Shown here: in pieces, positions 19,066-28,650 of the stretch
Layout of the letters: each line of letters begins with the position of its first letter
How positions within the stretch are numbered: the stretch's first letter is position 1
Assembly (NCBI GenBank): GCA_965262715.1
Contig: OZ253553.1
Coordinates: forward strand, 2,496,001-2,560,000
Source: Bdellovibrionales bacterium
GTDB taxonomy: Bacteria; Bdellovibrionota; Bdellovibrionia; Bdellovibrionales; JAUICD01
Length of the DNA: 64,000 bases
Direction: 5' to 3'
Position numbers and translations under genes: made by a program
The notes under the pieces: generated by a model
Told to the model about the DNA's origin: nothing
What the model saw: only the letters and a program-made list of their open reading frames with translations
The model's database searches: none

Positions 19066-20220
19066 TTATTTCATCCAATAGATAAAAACGGCTGTCAATG
19101 AAGTATTAGCAAGTGCCCATGGAAGTAGTGTTTTCCAACCAAAGGTCATTAAGTGGTCATAGCGAAATCGAGGTAATGTCCACCTCACCCAAACGAAAAG
19201 CCACAGTAAAAGCACCATTTTAAATAACAAAACAAGGTGAAAACATAAAGCAACTATGATGTTGATATAAGTGGTACTTTCAATACTCAAAGAGTAAGTG
19301 ATAAACGATCGAAAGGATTCTTCTGTAACAAAAGGAATATTCCAACCTCCTAAAAATAAAATAGAAAAAAGTACACTTGCTACCATCATGTGACCATACT
19401 CTGCCATAAAGAACACTAACATTTTAAATCCACCGTACTCTGTATGAAAACCTGCCACAAGTTCCGCCTCTGCCTCTGGAAGGTCAAATGGAAGACGGTT
19501 TGATTCAGCAAATGCGGCAACTAAAAATAAAATAGCCCCAATAGGTTGAAAAAAAATACCCCATTTAGGCAAAAATCCAATTGAGGCACCTAGCCCTGGT
19601 AAACTTAAGAAGAAAAGACCTTCTTGATGAATCACAATTTCTGTCAGATCAAATGTGGCATATGAAATCAAAACCCCTACAATAGATAAACTTAACACAA
19701 GCTCATAACTGATCATTTGAGCACTTGCTCTCAATGCTCCAAGTAGCGCATATTTATTCCCAGAGCCAAATCCAGCAATTAAAAGCCCATAAGCACCTAA
19801 AGAGCTCACACCTAATATATAAATAACTCCTATATCCATGCTGATGCCACGAAAATCAAAGAGATAAGGCCCCCAAGACCGGCCTAACCATTCGAAAGAT
19901 TCTACATGAATAGGAATGGATAAAGGTAGAGCTGAAAAAGCAAGTGCCACAGGAATGAGAGCTAAAATAGGAGCAGCAAGAAAAAGAGACTTAACAGCAT
20001 TTTGAGGTACAAATGATTCTTTGAATATAAATTTTACAGCATCTGCTAAAAGCTGAGTTAAACCTAAAGGTCCTACCCTATTAGGCCCAAAACGGTTTTG
20101 GATAAAAGCTGAACCTCGTCTTTCAACCCACACTAAGACAGGGACAGCTTGGATCATCATTAGAAAAATAGCAAGAAGCTTAATGATATTAACACTAGCT
20201 TCAAAAATATCTTGCCCCAT
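19066..20220 (-). CDS. nuoH: NADH-quinone oxidoreductase subunit H
   Basis: ERR..Q.R.GPNRVGP, AESNRLPFDLPEAEAELVAG, RWTLPRFRYD. Confidence 0.97.
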   Translation of the reverse strand: MGQDIFEASVNIIKLLAIFLMMIQAVPVLVWVERRGSAFIQNRFGPNRVGPLGLTQLLADAVKFIFKESFVPQNAVKSLFLAAPILALIPVALAFSALPLSIPIHVESFEWLGRSWGPYLFDFRGISMDIGVIYILGVSSLGAYGLLIAGFGSGNKYALLGALRASAQMISYELVLSLSIVGVLISYATFDLTEIVIHQEGLFFLSLPGLGASIGFLPKWGIFFQPIGAILFLVAAFAESNRLPFDLPEAEAELVAGFHTEYGGFKMLVFFMAEYGHMMVASVLFSILFLGGWNIPFVTEESFRSFITYSLSIESTTYINIIVALCFHLVLLFKMVLLLWLFVWVRWTLPRFRYDHLMTFGWKTLLPWALANTSLTAVFIYWMK

Positions 20221-20263
20221 CTCGTCTCTTTTGCCTCTTACAAAAATATTGACTCAAATGATT

Positions 20264-20647
20264 TCAATCCCATTCTAACCCACCTGCCATCCACTCATAA
20301 ATCAATCCATAAACAAGGACTCCCATAAAAAATCCTATCGAAAGCAGTAGCAAACCACCTAATTCTTTTATATTTTCTATAAAAATCAATGCCCACGGGT
20401 AGAGAAAAATAATTTCAATATCAAAAAGAATAAAGGAAATAGCAATAAGATAAAACTTAATAGGGATATTCGTTGTGCCAGAGTCTTCTCCTATAACACC
20501 ACACTCATAAGGCATTTGCTTAACAGGATCTTTTAGAAAAGAGCCTTTTGGCTTTTCTCCCAGTAGTGATACGAGATAAATCAATCCACCTGCAAAGACA
20601 GCAGTTATAACAATTAAAATCAGTACAGGTAAAAGCTGTTGAATCAT
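20264..20647 (-). CDS. nuoA: NADH-quinone oxidoreductase subunit A
   Basis: PYECG, FILFDIEIIFLYPWA, YEW..GGLEWD. Confidence 0.96.
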   Translation of the reverse strand: MIQQLLPVLILIVITAVFAGGLIYLVSLLGEKPKGSFLKDPVKQMPYECGVIGEDSGTTNIPIKFYLIAISFILFDIEIIFLYPWALIFIENIKELGGLLLLSIGFFMGVLVYGLIYEWMAGGLEWD

Positions 20648-20758
20648 AATAGCTCATTTTTTAGTTTTTTTAAAAGTGTATTTCTAATGAGAGCTTCGCA
20701 CAAGAGATATAAATGATTTTTTTTATAACATCAAGGAGCTTTATTGCATAAATATTAA

Positions 20759-20968
20759 GGTTCATAACTACTTAAACATTCTTTTCTTCCGGAAGTCCGG
20801 GAAACAGGCAATCCGGCACACTGGTCCCGGAAGCTGGAGACGGCTTGCCAGATTCCCGATCTCCCGGATTCCCGGGTTCCAGAGATACTCATTAGACAAT
20901 GATGTAACTTTTAGATAAATCAATAACCTATAAAACTCTTAAAGTTATAAAGGTTGCGTAAGATGAGT
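20759..20968 (-). repeat. Family B element without gene
   Basis: Reverse complement begins ACTCATCTTACGCAACCTTTATAACTTTAAGAG like 11424; octamer arms form a hairpin; other end GGTTCATAACTACTTAA. Confidence 0.75.
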
Positions 20969-22845
20969 TAATTAGGCCACTGTCCCACAAGATCGATTCT
21001 TCTTTCTAAATCTTGTATTTCTTGTTCTAAAGCACTCTTCTTTGGACTTTGTGAATCCATTACAGAAGACTCATCTGTACCTCCTCGAAAAAATCTATCA
21101 AAATCTCTTTGCTTATCTTGCAGTTCACTACCTAGAATTCGCAGTTCTTTGTTTTTATCCCGGCCCAATAAATTTTGACGTTCACAGTAGGCTTTTTCCT
21201 CTAAACAACCAGGATTAAACGATGAGTTTTGAAAGCTCAAAGCATCACATTGTCTAAATAATCTCACATCATCTCTATCAGGACAGTTTCCGTAGAGGAT
21301 AGCATTGAAGTGCACAGGATCAATAAGAGAAGTTTCTGTATTTTCAGTAAAAGTACTTTTCCATCTTTCAGCCCATTCAGACATAATACTATTTTTCTGC
21401 ATGACACGACAGTCAAACATTGGCCCTTCAGGAACATAACTTTTCAGCCCTTGTGATAAAAGCTCTGTTAACTTTGATTCATATGTATCACCAAAACCAA
21501 AGATATGGAATATTTCAGGAACATAACTTTTCAGCCCTTGTGATAAAAGCTCTATTAATTTTGATTCGTATGCATCACCAAAACCAAAAAAGTGTGCAAT
21601 TTCATGAAGTATAGCGTCACAGGAAGTAAGACTTATGTCATAATTCATATAAGATGTAGGAATCTTAACATCATGAATTCGAATAGAATATGTAGGATTA
21701 CAAGTGTTAGTTTGTTGAGCATCTTCAATATGAATAACAAGATTTTGCTCATGAGGTCCTCTGAGTTTGGGACCCGCCTGTCTCATGCAACTTCTGATCT
21801 TATCTATATAATATTCATGCACTTGGCCTTTAGGCACAGGCCCATCGTAGTAATTCAAACCCGGAAAAAATTCTAGAGCCACAGAAACCGTATAAGTGTT
21901 CCTTAATGTTCTATGAACTTTATAATGGGATTGCAGCTGAAAGAAAGATTTAGGAAATACATTCATACTTAAAAAAGGTACAGATAAAACCCTTTCTTCT
22001 CCAATTTTGTATTCACTGCAAATATCCTGTTGCTCAAAATCCTCTGTATCATCTGCCGATGAACGTCCGCTTTGCAAAGAAATATATTTTGAAGTATATC
22101 GCTTAGATGTCATATCCTCTAAAGATAAGATGCGTTCTAATATGAGATTTTCTGCTTCTACTAAACCTGAATGATAATGATGACTTCGTGCTGTTTTACT
22201 CTGAAAATTAAACATAAAATCTCTATATTGATTTAACTGCCTTCTCGATGCCCTTAACATAGGCCGAAGACAAGGTTGTCCCCCTCCTTTTAATGTGTTG
22301 ATCACATAATTATATTGAGTTTCTGATCCGTAGAGAAGCAGCTTTGCAACAGAATCATCATAACAGGCGTTTAAACAATCAGTTTGTATTTTTTGAATTG
22401 CCTCTTGCTCTATATATCTTGGCAAATTTCCTATAATACTCTGAGTGTCAGGTATGCGATCAATCCAATCCAAATTATCAGGTGTAGATCTATCTAACAC
22501 TTCCAGACAAATCAATCTTTCTCCATAGGACAAGTTACTACACCACTTGGTCGTCACATCTTGGAACCGTTCTCTGAGAGTTTGTAAAAACTGAGCGTTT
22601 TCACCATAAGATAATCTTAAGGGCTCTTCAGGTAAATAAGAGTATAGAGACATATCTAATGGATTCAGCTTGCGCTCTAAGGACGTGGCAAAATCAGTAC
22701 TCATAGTTGTTGTGCTAGCAGCTAGTTGAGAAGACACAAGAGAAAAAACCAATGTATGAAATAGAAAGAAGAGAAAAAAGATAAGAAAACTGTAAAGTAA
22801 CTTATAATAATTTCTAAGATCCATAGAAGTTTTTACAAACCTCAT
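20968..22845 (-). CDS. Putative exported zinc metalloprotease
   Basis: N-terminal hydrophobic segment, HEIAHFFGFGD (HExxHxxGxxD), downstream SIMS Met-turn-like motif, many Cys. Confidence 0.65.
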   Translation of the reverse strand: MRFVKTSMDLRNYYKLLYSFLIFFLFFLFHTLVFSLVSSQLAASTTTMSTDFATSLERKLNPLDMSLYSYLPEEPLRLSYGENAQFLQTLRERFQDVTTKWCSNLSYGERLICLEVLDRSTPDNLDWIDRIPDTQSIIGNLPRYIEQEAIQKIQTDCLNACYDDSVAKLLLYGSETQYNYVINTLKGGGQPCLRPMLRASRRQLNQYRDFMFNFQSKTARSHHYHSGLVEAENLILERILSLEDMTSKRYTSKYISLQSGRSSADDTEDFEQQDICSEYKIGEERVLSVPFLSMNVFPKSFFQLQSHYKVHRTLRNTYTVSVALEFFPGLNYYDGPVPKGQVHEYYIDKIRSCMRQAGPKLRGPHEQNLVIHIEDAQQTNTCNPTYSIRIHDVKIPTSYMNYDISLTSCDAILHEIAHFFGFGDAYESKLIELLSQGLKSYVPEIFHIFGFGDTYESKLTELLSQGLKSYVPEGPMFDCRVMQKNSIMSEWAERWKSTFTENTETSLIDPVHFNAILYGNCPDRDDVRLFRQCDALSFQNSSFNPGCLEEKAYCERQNLLGRDKNKELRILGSELQDKQRDFDRFFRGGTDESSVMDSQSPKKSALEQEIQDLERRIDLVGQWPN

Positions 22846-22984
22846 CAGTTAAGGATAGGCCTATGATACAAATAAGAATAAATTGATCTTTAATTACAAT
22901 ATTTTGTGACCTATATCCCTAAGTAACAGTTCATCTTGTAATACTTGCAAGAGCAAGTAGAAAAACCATTTCTGTAACTATTTT

Positions 22985-23045
22985 GGTTCATGGCATCTTA
23001 AGTAGTTAATTTTTATGGCTCATAACTAGAAGCCCTCTCAAAAGT
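22985..23045 (+). repeat. Family B terminal motifs
   Basis: GGTTCATGGCATCTTAAGTAGTTAATTTTTA resembles 53614; GGCTCATAACTAGAAGCCCTCTCAAAA resembles 28496. Confidence 0.55.
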
Positions 23046-23183
23046 CTTGTTTGTCCTACAAATAAAGTAAAGCTCAAATAAGACTTAAGTATTTTGATAT
23101 AGCTTATATAAATAAGCTCCTAGTTGATCTGCCTGTTTTGCTAAGTCAACATGGCCTATCATATTCAATATAGCTTGAGCTGT

Positions 23184-23228
23184 TTCACTCAAAATGAACT
23201 AGCCTCTTGAGGCAAACCTCTTTGAGGA
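23184..23228 (+). repeat. Family A 5' fragment
   Basis: TTCACTCAAAATGAACT followed by two CCTCT..GAGG units, truncated 30 bp before the IS3. Confidence 0.6.
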
Positions 23229-23357
23229 TTGTCCATGAAATAAATCTAGGTACTGATCTGGTCTGTACCCCATAAACTGGAGAGTTAAGTGATAAAGTAA
23301 CTCACTTGTGATTCCTGAACTTTAGCTATAAAAAGCTATAAGAGCAGGAGGAAGATC

Positions 23358-23708
23358 ATGGGCAAAGTAAGAAGACGATTTAATGTTGAATTCAAGGAAG
23401 CTATTTGTGAATCGATCAATGAAGACAAATCTTTGTTAGAGATTTGCAAGGAGCATCAACTTCATCGCCAGACAATCTTAGAATGGTTTAACAAGTATCA
23501 ACAAGGGACATCATTGGGAAACTCTTCATCAAGGGAGAGATCTCTAGAGAGACAAGTATATGCTCTTCAGGTAAAGGTAGGACAGCTGAGCCTAGAGAGC
23601 GAGTTTTTAAAAAAGGCCAAAAAGGAGCTTCAGCAGAGGAAAAGCGTGAGATCGTCGGTAATCACTGGAAAGAATTTGGATCAATTTCAAAAACGTGTAA
23701 AGCGTTAG
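23358..23708 (+). CDS. IS3 transposase OrfA (HTH)
   Basis: RRRFNVEFK..HTH..W and coiled coil; AGGAGG RBS; A6G slippery site at 23609-23615. Confidence 0.88.
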   Translation: MGKVRRRFNVEFKEAICESINEDKSLLEICKEHQLHRQTILEWFNKYQQGTSLGNSSSRERSLERQVYALQVKVGQLSLESEFLKKAKKELQQRKSVRSSVITGKNLDQFQKRVKR

Positions 23709-24562
23709 GATTACCTTTAAGCAGCTACTATTACAAGAAGAAGTTTTCGCAGCAAGAGCGAGAGCAAAAGGATTTTGATTTGAAAGAGCAGATTGAGAGG
23801 ATACAGTGTGCATATCCTATGTATGGGATACGGCGCATTCAATTAGAACTTGAGCAAGAGATAGGTATTAAAGCCAACCGCAAGAGGATTGCTCGCATTA
23901 TGCGGAAATACGGTTTAAAGGCTTTGATTTACAAGGGTTTTAGAGTTTCAACCACAGATTCTAAACATTCAAATCGAGTTTATCCGAATTTAACCTTTGG
24001 CATTGAAGTGAATAGGCCAAATCAGCTTTGGGTAACAGATATTACATACATTAGGATTCAAGATGGTTTTGTTTTTTTAGCAGTGATTTTAGGTATTTTT
24101 TCAAGGAAGATTTTAGGGTGGGCTATTTCTAGAGAGATCAACATAGAGCTTTGTTTAGGAGCTTTAGAGATGAGTTTAGAGCAGAGATCAGATGCTAAAG
24201 GATGTATTCATCATAGTGATCAAGGTGTCCAATACACCAGTAAGGATTATACCCACAAGCTTAAAGAAAAAGGCTTTAAGATCAGTATGTCGAGAAAAGC
24301 CAATTGTTGGGATAATGCATTTGTTGAATCTTTCTTTAGCTCTTTAAAAAGAGAAGAAGTTCATCTGTGTGAATATAAAACTTTTGAAGATGTGTTAAGA
24401 AGTATTCCAAAGTTTATCGAAGGTATGTATAATAAAAAAAGGCGACATTCTTCATTAGGTTACTTATCACCTAATGAGTTTGAAGCTAAATGGAAAATAG
24501 GAGAATTAACAACAATGGGAATCTCAGCAGTGAGTAAAATATGGAACGGATCCTCCAAATAA
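23609..24562 (+). CDS. IS3 transposase OrfB (DDE), probably reached by -1 frameshift
   Basis: WVTDITY, HHSDQG, ESFFSSLKRE; the frame is open back to the AAAAAAG site. Confidence 0.88.
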   Translation, partial: KKGQKGASAEEKREIVGNHWKEFGSISKTCKALGLPLSSYYYKKKFSQQEREQKDFDLKEQIERIQCAYPMYGIRRIQLELEQEIGIKANRKRIARIMRKYGLKALIYKGFRVSTTDSKHSNRVYPNLTFGIEVNRPNQLWVTDITYIRIQDGFVFLAVILGIFSRKILGWAISREINIELCLGALEMSLEQRSDAKGCIHHSDQGVQYTSKDYTHKLKEKGFKISMSRKANCWDNAFVESFFSSLKREEVHLCEYKTFEDVLRSIPKFIEGMYNKKRRHSSLGYLSPNEFEAKWKIGELTTMGISAVSKIWNGSSK

Positions 24563-24593
24563 AGGGTACACCTCACTGATGGCAAGAATAAAA

Positions 24594-24764
24594 TTTCCCT
24601 AACATTGTGTTAAGAAACAAGAAGATCCTACTAAAATGCATCAGGCTTTCTAGGTAGTCAGCTATTTGCCGACGGCCGTAAGAGCCGTCGGGCTTACTGC
24701 CAGAAAGTGACCAGAGGCTCGCCTCGAGAGGTTCGCCTCGAGAGGTCAGATGCATTTTAGTGAA
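24594..24764 (-). repeat. Family A structured dispersed repeat, inverted orientation
   Basis: Reverse complement starts TTCACTAAAATGCATC, has two CCTCTCGAGG units, apical stem CCGACGGC/GCCGTCGG, ends ATGTTAGGGAAA. Confidence 0.8.
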
Positions 24765-24798
24765 AAAAAAGCAGTACTGATTATAAGGTATATTTAAG

Positions 24799-25239
24799 AT
24801 GAACTTACTCACTTTTGTAGCAACACTTATAATTTTTATCTTCCTCAATCTTAATTATTTTTCTTTCTCTCAAACACCTAACAACCTCAAAAACACTCCC
24901 ACTACCTACAAGAAGACTGAAGATAACAAAAAATGCACAAGTACAAAAGAAGAACTTTTACAAGAATATCGTGAAAAATATAAAGAAGAGTATAAGGATG
25001 CTGGCTTTCAGTGGTCTAAATGGGCTTACATCATCCGTAGATGTGAACTTAAAAGTCAAAAGTGTGAATGTAAATATGGTAAACGAGAGAAAAGAATCAC
25101 AAATGATCTAATACAACTGAGATCTGAATTCCAACAAAGACATGGAGAACCATTTCGATATGGATCTCAAAGAACCCAATTTGGCAGAATGAAAGCAGAC
25201 ATCGAATTTGAAAATAACTGCGGTTGTCATGGAGAGTAA
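24799..25239 (+). CDS. Small secreted Cys-containing hypothetical protein
   Basis: Signal peptide ..SFS-Q, six Cys, 146 aa. Confidence 0.6.
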   Translation: MNLLTFVATLIIFIFLNLNYFSFSQTPNNLKNTPTTYKKTEDNKKCTSTKEELLQEYREKYKEEYKDAGFQWSKWAYIIRRCELKSQKCECKYGKREKRITNDLIQLRSEFQQRHGEPFRYGSQRTQFGRMKADIEFENNCGCHGE

Positions 25240-25248
25240 AAATAGATG

Positions 25249-26433
25249 CTACGGAATTAAAACTTCTTTTGGAAGAGGATGTGAGTTATAAAAATTAGCC
25301 ATGGAATGACCATAAGCTCCAACATTAAAAATAGCTAAAAGGTCATCCTGTTCTAGCCCTCTAAAAAACCTTGATTTTCCAAGAACATCTGCTGACTCAC
25401 AAATAGGGCCGACAACATCATACACTTTTCCTACACCTTCTTTTTCTCTTAAATTCAATATCTCATGGTAAGCATTATAAAGCACGGGACGTAATAGGTG
25501 ATGCATCCCTGTATCCACCACAGCAAAGTTTCTATAACGTGTGTTTTTAATATATTGAACTTGTGTTAAAAGTATTCCCGAAGGAGCTATAATGACTCTG
25601 CCTGGTTCACACAAAATATGACAACCTAAAGGTTGCAATATATCTCGAACCATCTGGCCATAACTAGCAACATCAGGACTTTGTTGCTTGTGATGATAAG
25701 AAACTCCAAGCCCTCCTCCTATATCAAAACGATCTACTGGAAATCCTAAAAATTGAAAATGTTTATAAACAGGAATGGTTTTTGAAATAGCTTCTTTTAT
25801 CACATTTGCATTTAAAATTTGAGACCCTATATGGAGGGTCACTCCTTTTAAAATTAACTTTTTATGTTTGCTTAATAGCTGTTCTAAATCTGGTAAAAAT
25901 GAGCTATCCATACCAAATTTATTTTCTCTAAAACCAGTTGTGATATGAGGATGCGTGTCTGGACTCACATTAGGGTTATAACGAAAAGCCACAGAAGCTG
26001 ATTTTTGAAGTCTTTGCGCAATGCGCCCAATACGATCAAGCTCTTGAGGGCTTTCTACATTGATTTGTTTGATACCCTTTTCAATAGCAAACTCTAATTC
26101 TTCTACTGTTTTAGCTACTCCAGAGAAAATCACATCTGAAGGTTTAAAACCTGCTAAAAATGCCTTTTTGATTTCTCCAATAGAAACAACATCTACACCC
26201 ACACCTTGTTTTTGTATTAACTGCAGAATTTCATGATTTGAATTGCTTTTTATAGAGAAATAAACGGTTGCTTCATGGTTAAAAGCTTGTAGATAAGTCT
26301 GTAACCGCTCGCAGATCACAGAGGTAGAATAAACATAAAGTGGTGTTTTATGTTGTGTAGCTAACTGACTTAAAAGTGTTCCTTTGAAATAAAGCTCTCC
26401 TTTTTCATAATAAGTGTAGGGCGTGTGCTGCAT
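25249..26433 (-). CDS. lysA: Diaminopimelate decarboxylase
   Basis: TPLYVY, SIKSN PLP lysine, HIGSQ, EPGR, GPICESAD. Confidence 0.95.
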   Translation of the reverse strand: MQHTPYTYYEKGELYFKGTLLSQLATQHKTPLYVYSTSVICERLQTYLQAFNHEATVYFSIKSNSNHEILQLIQKQGVGVDVVSIGEIKKAFLAGFKPSDVIFSGVAKTVEELEFAIEKGIKQINVESPQELDRIGRIAQRLQKSASVAFRYNPNVSPDTHPHITTGFRENKFGMDSSFLPDLEQLLSKHKKLILKGVTLHIGSQILNANVIKEAISKTIPVYKHFQFLGFPVDRFDIGGGLGVSYHHKQQSPDVASYGQMVRDILQPLGCHILCEPGRVIIAPSGILLTQVQYIKNTRYRNFAVVDTGMHHLLRPVLYNAYHEILNLREKEGVGKVYDVVGPICESADVLGKSRFFRGLEQDDLLAIFNVGAYGHSMANFYNSHPLPKEVLIP

Positions 26434-26471
26434 GATTCACTCGTTTATACTTTTTAAGCGATACGTTAACT

Positions 26472-27764
26472 TTATAGCAAAACTTTGTTATCAGATTCAT
26501 TTAAATGTGTTTTTGAGTGATCATCAACTAACTTTATAAGATTTTGATCTTTATCCAGTTGAAAAGCTGAATGCAAATGGTTGATGGCCTTTTTAAGATG
26601 TTTTTGATCAATAATAGCACTGATCTTTATCTCTGATGTTGTGATAAGGTGAATAGATATACCCAATTCAGATAAACTACGGAAAAACTTTGCTGCCACT
26701 CCTGGATGACTTCTCATACCCATACCCACAACACTCACCTTAGATATGTTGTCTAAAATTTCTATTTGAGCCTCTTTATGAAACTCTTTAGCTATTTGAC
26801 AAACTGTTGTTTTATCTTCTGTAGGAATAGAAAAGGCAACTCTTTGTTTTCCTTCTCTATGGCTTTGTGTGATGATATCTATAACAACACCTTTTTGGGC
26901 AAGCTCTTCAAATAAACTTGCTAAGATTTCAGTTCCTAATGGCAGAGGAAAGAGCTTAACAACAATTGTAGCTCTTTCATGCGTGACAGCAGTTACATTT
27001 GGGCTTTCCATACGACTCCTTACTTTTGGTAATATCCATGTTCCTTCCTGTTTTTCAAAGGACGATCGGACATGGATACAAACTTGAAACTTTGAGGCCA
27101 ATTCTACGCTACGTATATTTAAAATACGACAACCTAAAGAGGCCATTTCCATCATTTCTTCAAAATTCAACTCAGAGATTCCACTCGCTTTTGGTACAAG
27201 GCGAGGATCTGCAGAATAAACAGCCGGCATATCTGTGTAAATTTCACATACAGAGCTTTTTAAAGCATAAGCTAAAGCCACCGCTGAAGTGTCAGAACCT
27301 CCACGTCCTAATGTTGTGATATTTCTATCAGCATCTACTCCCTGAAAACCTGCTACAATAGGAATACCTCCAGCATCTATAAAATCTAAGAGCCTTTTTG
27401 TCTCTATTTTTTGTATACGAGCCTTTGAAAAAAGTGAATCTGTTAAGATAGAAAGCTGATAAGCTAAAAAAGGCTTCGCTTTAACTCCCAAGCTATTTAA
27501 AGACATTGAAAGCAGTGCAATAGAAACCTGTTCTCCTGAAGCAAGCAGCATATCATAATCAGGTCCTCTAAAGCCAGGAAAGATAGATTCGGCCATAGTA
27601 ACAAGTCGATTTGTCTCTCCTGACATAGCAGAAGCTACAATAACAGGAAGTTCCCCCTTAGCTCTATCTTCAGATATTCTTTGTGCTATAGATTGTATCT
27701 GTTCTATACTATTTAGAGATGTCCCTCCAAACTTCTTGACACAAATGGCATTTTTAGATTCCAC
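26472..27764 (-). CDS. lysC: Aspartate kinase
   Basis: KFGGTS, TTLGRGGSDTSA, ADPR, two ACT domains (TSEIKIS). Confidence 0.95.
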   Translation of the reverse strand: MESKNAICVKKFGGTSLNSIEQIQSIAQRISEDRAKGELPVIVASAMSGETNRLVTMAESIFPGFRGPDYDMLLASGEQVSIALLSMSLNSLGVKAKPFLAYQLSILTDSLFSKARIQKIETKRLLDFIDAGGIPIVAGFQGVDADRNITTLGRGGSDTSAVALAYALKSSVCEIYTDMPAVYSADPRLVPKASGISELNFEEMMEMASLGCRILNIRSVELASKFQVCIHVRSSFEKQEGTWILPKVRSRMESPNVTAVTHERATIVVKLFPLPLGTEILASLFEELAQKGVVIDIITQSHREGKQRVAFSIPTEDKTTVCQIAKEFHKEAQIEILDNISKVSVVGMGMRSHPGVAAKFFRSLSELGISIHLITTSEIKISAIIDQKHLKKAINHLHSAFQLDKDQNLIKLVDDHSKTHLNESDNKVLL

Positions 27765-27831
27765 TATAATCTCTCTTATTGTTGAATATTTTATAAATAA
27801 TAACGCATTATTGTAATAGAAGAGGTCCTTT

Positions 27832-28485
27832 TTGGAAAGCTTTATTTTTGGTTATACAGAAAATAAACTGCCTATTTTAGGGCACCGGTTTGGCCACATG
27901 AATGAGGGTATACCTCTTTTGATCTTAGGCGGAGTGCATGGGGATGAAATTGAAGGTGTTATAGCTGCACAAGGGCTTCTAAATGCCTTTGCCTTAAAGG
28001 AATTTCCTCATTTATTAGATTTAACTCTTGTACCTGTACTCAATTATGATGGCTTTTTATCTGGAAAACGCTGTAATGCGTCTGGCGTAGACCTTAACAG
28101 AAATCTACCCACAACAGATTGGCAAGCAAAAGCTTTAAAACCTAAATACCATCCAGGGCTAAAACCCAATAGTGAATCAGAAAATCAATCTCTGGTATCT
28201 TATACTAAACAAACAAATCCTAAATATATTATCTCTCTTCATTCATGGAAGCCTCTATTAAATGTGAACGGTGACATAAAGAGTTTAGCAATAAAAATTT
28301 CCCGATATACAAACTATGAAATTGTAGAAGATATTGGTTATGCTACACCAGGTAGCTTAGGCACTTATGGTCAAGAAAACAGCATTCCTGTCTTAACTTA
28401 TGAGATAGAAAGAGGCCTTTCTACAGAAAAGATATTACAAGTTCATGTGCCTGCAATTGTAAATGCTCTCAAAGAAGAATTTTAA
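27832..28485 (+). CDS. mpaA: M14 zinc peptidase, murein peptide amidase A-like
   Basis: GGVHGDE, RCNASGVDLNRN, ISLHS, GYATPGSLG, TYE. Confidence 0.8.
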   Translation: MESFIFGYTENKLPILGHRFGHMNEGIPLLILGGVHGDEIEGVIAAQGLLNAFALKEFPHLLDLTLVPVLNYDGFLSGKRCNASGVDLNRNLPTTDWQAKALKPKYHPGLKPNSESENQSLVSYTKQTNPKYIISLHSWKPLLNVNGDIKSLAIKISRYTNYEIVEDIGYATPGSLGTYGQENSIPVLTYEIERGLSTEKILQVHVPAIVNALKEEF

Positions 28486-28650
28486 TTTAAAATAAGGTTC
28501 ACATAACTAGAAACCCTCTCAAAAATAAAGTCCTGTATTTTGCTTTTGCGAATTACAAAGTTAAAATAACAAATCATTATTATCCCGGGGTCTGGCAATC
28601 AGGCAATCGGTGTCTGGAAACTGGCGTCCATTCTGGAGACTTAGGTTATT
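28413..28650 (+). repeat. 238-bp direct repeat, left copy (long target duplication of IS1634)
   Basis: Matches 30571-30808; abuts the IS terminal IR. Confidence 0.93.
28496..28640 (+). repeat. Family B element
   Basis: GGTTCACATAACTAG end; CTGGCAAT-CAGGCAAT octamers; homologous in inverted orientation to 53685-53814. Confidence 0.65.

Larger units (their letters stand above)
23259..24575 (+). mobile_element. IS3-family insertion sequence
   Basis: TG..CA ends with imperfect IR (TGGTCTGTACCCC../..GGGTACACCTCA), orfA/orfB arrangement; no exact TSD seen. Confidence 0.88.

Noticed and set aside
20951..20978. dif/Xer site (TAA-N6-TTA spacing)
   Set aside because: The XerD arm does not match TTATGTTAAAT and the TTA is not kept in the other copies of this end motif
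24573..24848. 91-aa minus-strand ORF
   Set aside because: Runs through a family A repeat and overlaps the start of a better plus-strand gene
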